From the NCBI GenBank assembly GCA_976551045.1, contig CDPCPM010000022.1, forward strand, positions 1,798,001 to 1,862,000: a DNA stretch of 64,000 bases. Reading direction: 5' to 3'. Within the stretch, counting starts at the first letter, position 1; each line of letters begins with the position of its first letter. A program made the position numbers and the translations under genes. This DNA comes from Glaucostegus cemiculus (Eukaryota). The notes beneath the pieces were generated by a model that did no database searches, was not told the DNA's origin, and was given only the letters and a program-made list of their open reading frames with translations. Of the stretch, positions 23,901 to 35,900 are shown piece after piece.

Positions 23901-26900
23901 CTTGTTTGGAGTAGCCTTTGAAAAATGGATGTAGTAGAACACATGCACGTTGAAAAATGGAAGCTTGTACACGCCAATATGTTTGTTAAAGACTTTGTGT
24001 ATTAAAGCCAGTTCATCAGATATTAAAAGTAAAATCAAAGTTGAGGAGGATAGTGCAAGATGGGTTATATTAATAGATTATCTGTGGCTTATAGGTCAGT
24101 AAGGTCCAAGTTCCTACTCTGGTGTATGCTGAGAATTTTTGTAATATAAATTGTCAAGGACTTTCAATACTGAAAATTTTTGTAATACACTTGTAATATA
24201 GAATGATGTTCTGTTGATGGTGTTTATCAGATCTTCAGAGTTTTTGTATGTGAATTATGATTTTTAGATGAAGGGTCGTAGTCCTACAGCATAAATGGCC
24301 CTTTGGTCCACCATGTTCATGCTGACCAAACAACACATTTACCAGTATTTGGTCTGTAGCCTTCAGTGGGTTGGAAATTCATGTGGTCGATCAGGTGCTC
24401 TTCAAATGTTCTGAGTACCTGCCTCCACCACCACCCTGCTGAGCACATTCCAGAATGGGTGAAAACATTTTCCCCTGATCCCTTCTAACCCTCTTCCCCA
24501 CAGCAGAGGCATCTAAAATCAGGAGTAAGAGGTTCTCACTATCCACCTATCTATACTTCCCATAATTTTGTATACCTCCTCTCAGGTTCTCCTTGGCCTC
24601 CTCTGTTTCAAGGAGAAACTTAGCTTATCTAGTCTCTTGTTTCAAGGAGAAACTTAGTTTATCTAGTCTCTCCATATAATTGAAACATTTCATTCCAGGC
24701 AGTGTTCTGCTAAATCTCTACACCCTCACCAGTGCAAGCGTGACTTGCTTATAATGGTTAAGCTACTGGGGATTGTTGCGTATTACAGGAAGCAGTAAAC
24801 TAGTAAGAAATCAAAGATGCCACAGTGAAGTGAGAAAATTGGAAAAGGAAGTACTCCAGTTTTTGTGCTCACATTAGTGTGCCTCATGTTGCAGCCAGAA
24901 TTTATCATTCAACTATGAAAACTAAAAGTGGGTTAATGAAGCAATGGAAAATTGGTCCAAAACTTAAAGGAATTAATGTAAAATTCAAAGGGAAGACTTG
25001 TCCATCCATCCAAGATTTGGCTCCTGTGTTTGAAAAATAATTGTTTGTATTATAACTTTTAAAGTATTTCTTCAGATTACTGCTATGAATGCCTTCCAGC
25101 CGGTAAGCATTCGAAGGAAGGTGTTTGTAATCTGGATGTTAGATTGTTGAGAAGAGGGAAGTTGAGACTGCATTTTTCTTTTAAGGTTCGGGGTATAACA
25201 GCAATGTGTATTCTAATGTATATACCTGAGTTTTGGATTCTCAGTAGTTGGTGACTAATGTTTTTTTTCATTTTGGCCTTTCTGTAATTTCTTAGGTGAG
25301 AGGAGCCAATAACTTTTATCTATTTAAGTTTTTAGCATTAATTTGGTTTCCTACAAACTTTACGTTATTAATGATAATCTTAAAGTATCACTAAAGGGCG
25401 GCACGATAGTGTTTAGGGTGGCACAATAGCGTAGTGGTTAGCGCGACGCTGTTACAGCGCCAGTGATCGAGGTTCGATTCCCGTCGCTGACTGTAAGGAA
25501 TTTGTACATTCTCCCGTGTCTTTGTGGGTTTCCTCCGGGTGCTCCGGTTTCCTCCCACATTCTAAAAAGACGTACGGGTAGGTTAATCTGGGGGGAGGGG
25601 GGGGTTAAAATGGGCGGCGTGGACTCGTTGGGCTGAAGTGGCCTGTTACCACGCTGTAAATAAAATTTAAATTAAAGTAGATTTTTTCTAAAAAGGAAAC
25701 ATCAGAGGTTGACCGTTAAAGGATGGGCTATTCTTTATGTTGTTGAAACTTTGTCTCTTCAGGAACCTATTATCCAGCAACACAGGGAGTGCAACCATAT
25801 TCTGCGCCAGTGGCACCTGCCACTGTTATGATAAATCCAACACAGCCACAAATGCCTCCAAAAAGAGAACGTAAACAGGTAGGCCTGTGCTTAACTGCCA
25901 TTCTCTTGGGTTGGCTATTTCAATTTTTGCCAATGTTGAATTCTTCTCATTATTCTCAAGAAACTTAAAATTACAGGTAAATTGGGTAAATATTCAGTGA
26001 GATGTTTCTATTGAAAATTAACTGCCGTTCATGCTTCTAAATTAGCTGCTGTTGTATTCTAGTGGAGTTGATGCTGTGATTGATGTGAAAGTTCATGCTT
26101 TAATGCTCTCTATTTCCTGACAAAAGAATATAATTTACAATACCAATTTTAGTTTGACAGCAGAACTTTGGAGCCCTTCAGACCTGGAAAAGCATTTCAA
26201 AGAAACATTGTTTACTAGCAATAGTGCTTTAAGAGTACTCATTGTTTTTAGCATACTTAATTAAAAATGCAAATTACTTAATGTGTTTATTTAAAATGAA
26301 ATGGGTACTTTCTGTCCATGTGGGTTTTGAAAGAAGCAGTGCAGTCCTTGCATTTGTGATCTGCAGTCTGGCACAGGCAACGAGTTTGGATGGAGCCAGT
26401 CAGTTTGCCAGTGTATGTTGCTTTAGGATTTTACTGCATTAGGATGAAAGACTTGTTGATGCCCCAATTTCAAATTTCTGGTTTACACAGAGCCGAAATG
26501 TCAATTCTTTACCTTCAGGGTGAAAGCAGTCTGCCAGCAACATCTCATTTACTTGTTGACCTGGTTGCCCCATTCCTCCCCATGTTACACCTGAAGTGAA
26601 GCTGTACCTAGAATTGCAACAGTGATAACAGTTTGTAAATGAAAACCACAATATGGTAATTGCTCTCTTGCTGGAGATGATTGTCCAGCAGTAGGGACTG
26701 CAGTTAACAGATGCGTACTGGGACCTAGAGGTGTTTGTCTTGCTGTCACTGGGGATTTTACAGGCTCTGCCTGATCTGTACACTGGTTTCTTCCATAGTG
26801 TCATCCCTCCCCTCCCCCATTCACTAGAGCTTTAAAATTACACTATTGATTCTGGATCTTTTTAAATTCTGATAAATCAATGTACATAAAATTATCACTT

Positions 26901-29900
26901 TGTATTATGCAAAATTCTGCTGCTTATCCTTCTCTCAGTATCGGCTTTCACAAGTGTTAGGTGCCTTGATGTAACGTATTCTAAAATAGCTCCTCTAAGT
27001 TTGAGGGGAATAACCAAGCCATTTGATAATCAACCCATTGTTGCTGATAGATTCTTGTTGCTCTAAAATCCATCCTCCCAATGTCTTTCATCCCTTCTAA
27101 GGTTTGTAGGATGGGAAGAGCTTACAAGGAATATGGAGACACAGACCTATGGAGCGTTGTGAAATTTAAAGTCCATTTTGAAAAATGTTGCCATTACTTG
27201 CAATGAATTTAATCATTTGATTAGTCTTTATTTTGCTTAGCTTGGTGTAATGCTGTGAATTGCTTTAAGATTGAGAAGAGTTTCCTGCTGAACTTCTAGC
27301 AGTCATCTGGCCTCAAAAGGTAGTAGATAGCTGGAATTTGTGTAGCATCTTTCATGACCTTGAAACTTCCCAAAGAACTTGAGCACATGGTTCTGAAGGG
27401 CTACCACTTGTATAGGCAGAAAAAGCTGTAATTATATGCATATGATACCACAATAATTCTTCTGTTAGTAGCCCAGAATATAATGGTGTATTGGGTTAGA
27501 CTTGTAACCTTTTCGTTCAAATTGCTTGGAATGGATTTGCTGGAAATGCGAGTCATTTGTGGACGTGGTGATGTATTAGGAACCAGTAGTTTATTTCTAT
27601 AACCAATTAACTTCTACGACTAGAAAATGGATGCATGTTTAATTACATAAGATGCAGGATGAGTAAAAGGCAAGATTGGATTGCTGAGAGTGAGAAAGAA
27701 AAGTAAATAATTTGAAATGTGTAATTTTGTAAAAAAAAAACAATTTACTGCTGCAGATTAAGAGGGGTTCACTTTCTTCGAGGTGGGAAGATTGAGAAAC
27801 ATTGCAAAAGTATAAATCCAGTCATTTGAAAGGATTCTTGCATTAGTAAATGTAGTCTACCTTACCCTTTCTGCAGTAAGTTCGACTTTTTAGTAGAGGA
27901 GAAAAACCTAGCAAATTTCATGATTTGGTTGATTGTGAGCTCTGGCCTTTTGAGTCATACGGTAGACTATGCACACAATCACAATATTGGCGCTTTGCAA
28001 CTCATGGCATTTATTTTCATTGGTATGAATTGCTTAGTTTTTAAAAGCACCACAAGCATTTAACTTCAGCAAATACTCAATGTATTTCCTGTTTGAAAAA
28101 CTGGCAGAGAACATAGCTGCAGTTCCTTGTACTACCATGCAATCCTGTACACCTGCTTGAACAGATAGGGACTCTGATTAATGGCTGGGCTAAAAGACTG
28201 TACTTCCTCAGTTGCTGGCCTGAAGCACTGCTCAGTGTTGCACTTTGGATTTCCCTGTAATGAGTTTTGATCCAATGATTTTGATTCGAGTTACCAATAA
28301 GCCATTCTCTCAATGTTCTTGAAGTTGTGATGGCAAATGAAGTGGAATTGAATTCTGCATAGTATTGCTAGGCTTCCTGTTTGGGCTGATGTGAACCCTA
28401 TACTGATCCCTCGTTCTTTCCTAGATACATTCATATTCTTTGCTTTTATTTTCTTTCCCCTATGGAGCCTGCCACACTGCTATTTGTGTGTAGGGAAATG
28501 AGTGTTGGCCTTTGTAACCAAAGTGCTTAACGTCATATTGCTGATCTGATCACAATTAAACTAGAGAGCACCTAGTTGGTGTTTGGTCTTGCTCTCTTGG
28601 TTTATTGTTCGTTGGATGTCTAGAGTTTCATCTAGCAATCTGCCATTATTTCCACGTTTTGTACTTGTGGGTTTCCACTGGAAATTGTGGATAAGAACAC
28701 TAAAAAAAAGGGAGTAGGCCATTTTACCTCCTGCCTCTTCCCTGCACTAGCACATATCCCCTGATTTTTTTTTCTCAATATGTAAAAAATCTATCCACCT
28801 ATTTGTCTTGATTTTACTGAGCAAATGAGCTTCCAGAGCTGCCTTGGGTAGACAATTCCAAAGATTCACTGCCCTCTGAGTGAAGAAGTTAAATTTTAAA
28901 TCTTTGAAAGTGTGTGTAGAGGTATACCTATCTTAATTGGAGTAGTTTTGAGTTGGAAATACAGTGACACTTATGACATTAAATTTTGCCTTGTGTATGC
29001 ATTCTCCAGTGTAAGGTGGCTTTTCAACTTGGGCATCTTACACTTAAAGCTAGCTACATAAAGTAGTGTCCATTGAGTTCTTAATACATGAGAGTACTTA
29101 CCACAAAGTTGGTGTTTGTTTTTTAAATTGACCGTGTTAGTTTCTTGTACAATATCTGTTTTATGATGTCTTACTGGCCTTTTTTGTTGTTGGGTAGAAA
29201 AGAATGAGGATTATGTCATGGCTTACATGCTTTGAAAATTCACTGTACATTTAGAATCCCCTCAATTTCATTTCAAATTGTGTTGCGGAGATGTTAAATT
29301 TTTCTTTTCTCCTATCAGTTCCTGCCATGAGTTGGTCTTTGTTAACATGAAGTCTACTTCTGTAGAGGAAAGATCAATTAAAGAGAAGTCTCAAATTAAT
29401 AGATTCTTCTCTCATTTACAACTTTTATAAGCAGGAAGATTCCTTGATGTATCTATTTTCTGGATATTTTATTTCATAGATCCGGATTAGGGATCCAAAC
29501 CAGGGTGGAAAAGACATCACAGAAGAGATTATGTCTGGAGGAAGATCAGGTTCTACACCAACACCACCACAGGCAAGTAATATATACTGGGTGCTGGCTC
29601 CTACTGTCCTGCTTGTAGAGTCTGGGTATGGCTTATGCTTTTCACTTTCCTGATACAGCTTTACCCTTTTAGTTTTATAAATGAAACATTTAAGAACATA
29701 GACATAATCAGCAATATTTATGTACTGCTTAGTACACCGTGTTAGGTTGTGTAGGAATTATGCAAGCCATTAATCAAATGTGTCATCTCATTTTTGAAAA
29801 ATCTTTACCTTTTCTGTTGCAGATTAATTTTGTTCACTACTGTTGAACAAAATTAGGGGCTTTGCTTTCTAAAATTTCACTTGATTTTGCTACATTTGCA

Positions 29901-32900
29901 GTGTTACAGCTGCTTTTTGTAGATCTTGTCAATTTGGATTTTAGCAGTATTTTTCATCTGCCACTGATTAAACCACAGATACCAATATGCAGAACTTCTA
30001 ATATTGGGCAGGCACAGTGGTGTAGCGGTTAGCGTAACACTTTATAGCGCCAGAGACCCGCGTTCAATTCTGGCCACTGTCTGTAAGGAGTTTGTAAGTT
30101 CTCCCCGTGGCTACGTGCGTTTCCTCCGGGTGCTCTGGTTTCCTCCCACATTCCAAAGAGACACAGGCTAGGAAGCTGCGGGCATGCTGTGTTGGCGCCG
30201 GAAGAGTGGTGAAACTTGCGAGCTGCCCCCAGAACAGTCTACGCAAAAGATGTATTTCACCGTGTGTTTCGATGTACATGTGACTAATACAGATCTTATT
30301 GAACTCGGATGCTCTGAGAACTGTGCTCTGATACACTCCAAATTAGATACAGAAATTGATGGAAATGGTGTTTTCTGTCAGCACCTGAAGAAAAATGGTT
30401 AACAAATTTAGATCGGTGACCTAATTAGAACTGGGAAAGTTAGGACTGAAACTTGTGCTAAGTTGCAGAGAAGGCTGGGGAAGGTTGGGGGGGGGGGCTG
30501 CGGGGTGGTATTCGTAATGGAGGCAGAAAGAACAAAACAGATGGTCTGTGACAGTTGACTAATGTCAACTGTGAGTGACTAATACAAGTGATATGGTTGA
30601 GGGGTGATGGTAAAGCTTAGTGATTAACGGAAGAAGACTTGAAGTTACCATTAGGAGGAGATAAACACATCTGAAATTTTCAGACAGGAGGGGGAAAAGA
30701 AGTTGCTACCTATTTACCTGAAATTGTTAAATCTGTTGCAATCTGAAGGTTGAAAGTGCCCAAGCAAAAGATGATATGCTGTTCCTTGAGTTTGCAATGA
30801 GTTTTGTTGAATCATTGTTGGAGGCTAAAACCTAAAGTCTGAGTGAGAGAGTTGGCAGTTCAAGTGACATACAACTGGAAGCTCTGTCACCATTGCATGC
30901 TCAATGGAGGTGTTCTGCAAAGCATTATCCACTTAGTAATGGATTTCCTTTGTGTAAAGAGGACCACATTGTGACTATCTAATACAGTATTTGTAATTGG
31001 AAATATCCAATGGTTTGAATTAAATTTTAAAATGCAAATAGCCTAAAACACATTCCCCCTGCTCAATTATGAAATTTTTGTAACATTTTAGTTATTTAAA
31101 ACCTAAATTACCATATTTTTCCTGGAATCAATATAATCACCATTCAAATGATTGAGCAGGATGTAATGTGCCACAGTATGCAATCCAGATTCATGGAGGC
31201 CAAAGTCACTTAGACCTGAGAAGATTGTAGCTAGGAATTTATCGCATGCTGATGCTTTCAAATGTTTGGGAGCTTGGAAGTACTTGAAGGCAAAACAGGC
31301 CATTATTTACTGTCCCATCTGATGCAAAAAGCAACTTCACTGCAGATCATCACATTTTTCCCCCCACTTCCAGTATAATTCTATGCTGCCATCTTCTGCA
31401 GCAAGGTTGTTACATAGCACTTTATCTTTGCTTTCTGTTCTTTTTGACATTGAAGGTTTGGACTTGTGTAGTGCCTTTTACCCCATATGTTTCTTAGTTC
31501 CATCAATACTGGATGTCATCCTGGCATTGTATTCACTATGTTGCAGTCCCGAGTTGGTGTTCCTCAAATCTACTTGAATGATTCTATTGTCACAAGCACT
31601 TTGATATCTTAGTTCATTTTGCAGCTAAAGAATCATGGCTTTGATCTGAAAGAAGTAAATTCTGAAATTTTTCTGACCATAGACTTAATTAACGTTGCTA
31701 ATCTCTTGTCTTGGAATTACTCGATTCTGCTGTTCAGAAGAATTTTATAATTTTAGACCATAAGACATAGGAACAGAATTAGGCAGTTTGGCGCATTGAG
31801 TCTGCTCCATCATGGCTGATTTATTTTTTCCCTCTCAACTCCATTCTCCTGCCTTCTCCCCATAACTTTTGATGCCCTTACTAATTGAGAACCTATCAGC
31901 CTCTGCTTTAAATATACCCAATGACTTGGCCTTCACAGCTGTCTGTGGCAATGAATTTCACAGATTCACCACCCCCGGCTAAATAAATTCCTCTTCATCT
32001 CTGTTCTAAAGAGACATCCTTTTCTGAGGCTGTGCCCTCTGGTCCTAGACTCTCCAACTGTTGGAAACCATCCTCTCCACTCTATCCAGGCCTTTCAATA
32101 TTCGGTAGGTTTCAATGGGATCCCCCCTCGTCCTTCTAAACTCCAGCAAGTACAGGCCCAGAACAACCAAACCCTCCTCGCATGTTAATCCCTTCATTCC
32201 CAGGATCATCCTTGTAAACCTCCTGGACCCCATCCCATTCCAGTAAAGCATTTGGATCTCAGTATTAAATTCTTGTTTTATATTCTAGTCCTCTTGAAAT
32301 GAATGCTAACATTGCTTTTGCCTTCCTTACTACTGACTCAACCTGCAACCATTTTGTTCGGGTGTTGTCAGAAAACCAGTTAGCAATTTATGAAGGTTTG
32401 ATTAGCTTGGTTAAATTTTTTGGGAATGATAGATGAGGTATTTGATACTCACATAGATTCTAGCTGGACCTTCAACAAGAACAAGCCCTACCTGCAGTGG
32501 AAGAAAAGGACAGCTTAGCAACTAGCTTTCAAAACTGTCAAAAACTTAATTGTTTCATTAGTTTTATTTAGATTTGAATTAAATGAATGAAACACTTAAA
32601 GGCTTAAATCACTGAAATACTTAAGTGTTTAAACAATAAATTCAGAACATGAGTAATTGATATACTGGTATGTTTTTAACAGTGCAATTAAAACTTTTTT
32701 AATTGCTCAACAGCCATAGCTATTTTCTTTGGAAAATAGGAGGCTGATGAGACATAATCAGTGTATAAAATTGAAAGGTCTAGAATGGATAGGAAGGACT
32801 GATTTCCTTTAGCAGAATTCGCCATAACTGTGGGACTGGTAGGAAAAATTGTAGGTGGTAATGCTAAAGTGACATTAATGTTTTTTCGTTACTTGACAAT

Positions 32901-35900
32901 GTTAGGTCAGTAACCATATGCCTAGCACTAGTTTAACATTATTTAAATGCTGTCCTGTCAAGCTCCATAATCAGGGTGTTTGGGAATATGGCTACATTAT
33001 TATTCAGATGTTGAATTTAACTGAAAAACTAAAAAAAATATATAAAATATTGCTAAGCAATTTCCCTTTGTTCATATTAACTCATTAGCTAATTAAGATT
33101 CCAGCTCTATCCAGTTTCATTTACAGGCAGCCGCCAGGTTACAATAGGGTTCCATTCCTGAGAACTGTTTGTAACCTGAACTGCTTAAGTTAGAAATGAA
33201 TAAAAACTGTGGGAGAGGATCATGTAAATATCTGCAATGGGAGAGCATGCAGATGTGGGAAGAGTGACTGACAGTGCCTCTGTGCTCCCAGCTCTGCTCA
33301 TCTGGGGTATGAAGGAGGAGAAGGCATGTGGAAATTATCCCTTCCCACCTAGCAGAAGATGACTGCAGCCGACAAATCCATCCTGCAGTCTCCCAAAGCT
33401 TGTCTGTGTGTACGGGGTGTCCGCAAGTTGGGCATTCATATCCAGGAGAGGGAACTGTAAGATGGGATTGTAATAGGGGATGCACAAGGATGCTACTGAA
33501 ATGGAAAATTATTTAGCTGTAAAGAAATGTTATGAATAGACTGAGGTGGCTGTTTTGGAACAGGGGTAAGAGGTGTTTGCATAAGTTATAAGATATGTAT
33601 GGAGTGAATAGGAAGAAACTATTTCTGTGATCAGATGGATTGAATGTCAGTGGTTTAAAATAACAGGTAGAAGGATTAGAGGGGAATGGGGAATTCTTTT
33701 TAACCCAGAGGGTGAGAAAGGGTCTGGTACTGTAACCTGAATATGTGATGGAGGTGGAAACCGTCACATTTAAAAGTACTTGAAGAGATATGATCTGCAG
33801 GGTTAAGGACCAAATGCTAGAAGATAGGTTTAGGCTGGCTGGCTTTTTGTTCAATGTGGATCCAATTAGCTGAATAGTCTCCATTTGTGTTGCAAGTTTT
33901 CGGTGATTCTATGGAAAGCAGGGAATGAATTTTTTTTTTCAACCATTGAGAACTTCAGTGAATGCTGAATAATATTAACTGCTAAATAAATGTGTGCATA
34001 TGAAGTGTGCAAGTATATAGAGTCAAAGATACTATATGAGAACTGGCTCTGGCCCACTGAGGTGCTGACCGTCAACCACTCATTTGCACCTAATACTACA
34101 TTATCCCCACTCCCCTGCTGCTACCTGTGCTGCCAGAAATGATTCTGCTACCGAAATTGAAATGGTGTTACCGATGCTCCATCTCTGGCTATTTAGCAAT
34201 TTCTGTGGTGTTGACGTTGGTTTTTACTAGTGTACTTTTTGCAGCTGAAATCTGCTTCAAATCTCTTAAGGAAAGCTACAATCTTTGAAATTTTAAATGG
34301 GCATCAAATTATTTGGAGGGAATGTAAACTGGATATTAATTACACATTTATCAGTCTTCTGTATTTTCTTGTATAACAGTCTGCAGGAAGTTTAGAAGGA
34401 GGTGGTGCTGTACAGGCAAATGGAGAAAGTCCTCATCCAGTACCAGTTGTCATCCGGCCAGGTAAGTTGAAAAGTTCAGCTGCTCAGTCCAGTATTAGAA
34501 TGAGGCAACAATTTAATTCTGCACAACAAAAGTTGATGGTATATTTTCAGTATGGATGGTCGTTAACCAAACTGCATAATTTTATTGAAATTTGTTTCTA
34601 AGTATATTTTTGTAACTAGTGATTTTTTTTTATATATTCAAGTTTTGGGAGAATTCTTCCAAGAAAATGTATCCAAATCAGTTACAAACTTGTACCCTAA
34701 ACTCTGAAGTTAGCATTGCTTAGACCTTGATTAATTTATCAGTACCAAATGTATTTACCATTTTGATGCTTGTGCTAGTTTCTTCAGTTATGTAGAGCAC
34801 TAGCTTACTGCAAACAACTGCAATTGGGTTAGCTACTACAGGACTGATACCATTTTCCTATACTCTTTTAATGGAGTTGTAAGTTATTTTCTTGCACTGA
34901 CTAGACATGTCTTTTGAACTGCAAAGTCTGTTTGAAATTTGGTAAATGTTTATTTCCTGGAACCCAAACTTAAAACATTTATATTAGATATTCTTCAGAG
35001 GCACAAGGTGGCTGCTGAAGTTTTAAACAATGTATTGGAGAAATCCTCAAGTTGTCATATACTCATGATATCATACGGTTGGATGTAAACTGCCTCAGTA
35101 CTGCCTTGACCTATGGTTTGGGGCTTATCTAGACAACTCATTGTCAGTTTTGAGTTGTATGTGATGTTCCTGGTGTTAAGTAATCTTTTTTGATTTTTTC
35201 CATAGATAAGCCCAAGTCTCCTGCAGTAATATCTAAACCAGTAGAAGAGCTGAACCAACTTGAGAAATCTATTTCACCTGAAATTGTAGAAAGCAAATCT
35301 GAAAATAACACTAAAGAAACAGACTCTGAAGAAGTCCAGGAAACTCCGATCACAGAGCCAGAGGACACTACAAACATTGCAATCCCTTGTGATGTGCCCG
35401 TGACAGATTCTGTGCCACCTGATGGTGATGATGATGACATGAGCCCTTTGGCAGAACCTATTTCTTTGCCACAGGAAGCTAAAAAAATGCAGAAAAGTGA
35501 AACAGAGGTACAAGAGCCAGAGAAAGAAGAGGCGATTCCAGATGAATCTAGCTCAAAAGACTTGACAGTGGAAAGTAATGGTTTTATGCCAACACAGGAA
35601 GTTGAGCCTAGTCAAGTACCTGAGCCTCCACTTGAACCCCCACTTGAACCTGTAATGGATTCGCCCATTGCACAACCTGAAGAACCGAAGTTGACTAATG
35701 GACTGGAGCTTTCAATAGAGCAGGATTCGGAAGTTTCAGAAGCTCGGCAGGAATGTCACATCAGTCCCATTTCTGAGCCTGAAGCACCGAAATTTGAAGA
35801 GAATGAAGTNNNNNNNNNNNNNNNNNNNNNNNNNNNNNNNNNNNNNNNNNNNNNNNNNNNNNNNNNNNNNNNNNNNNNNNNNNNNNNNNNNNNNNNNNNN

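Noticed and set aside
25416-25490. tRNA gene
   Set aside because: The A/B-box-like head runs straight into the V-SINE core and has no acceptor stem, so it is a SINE.
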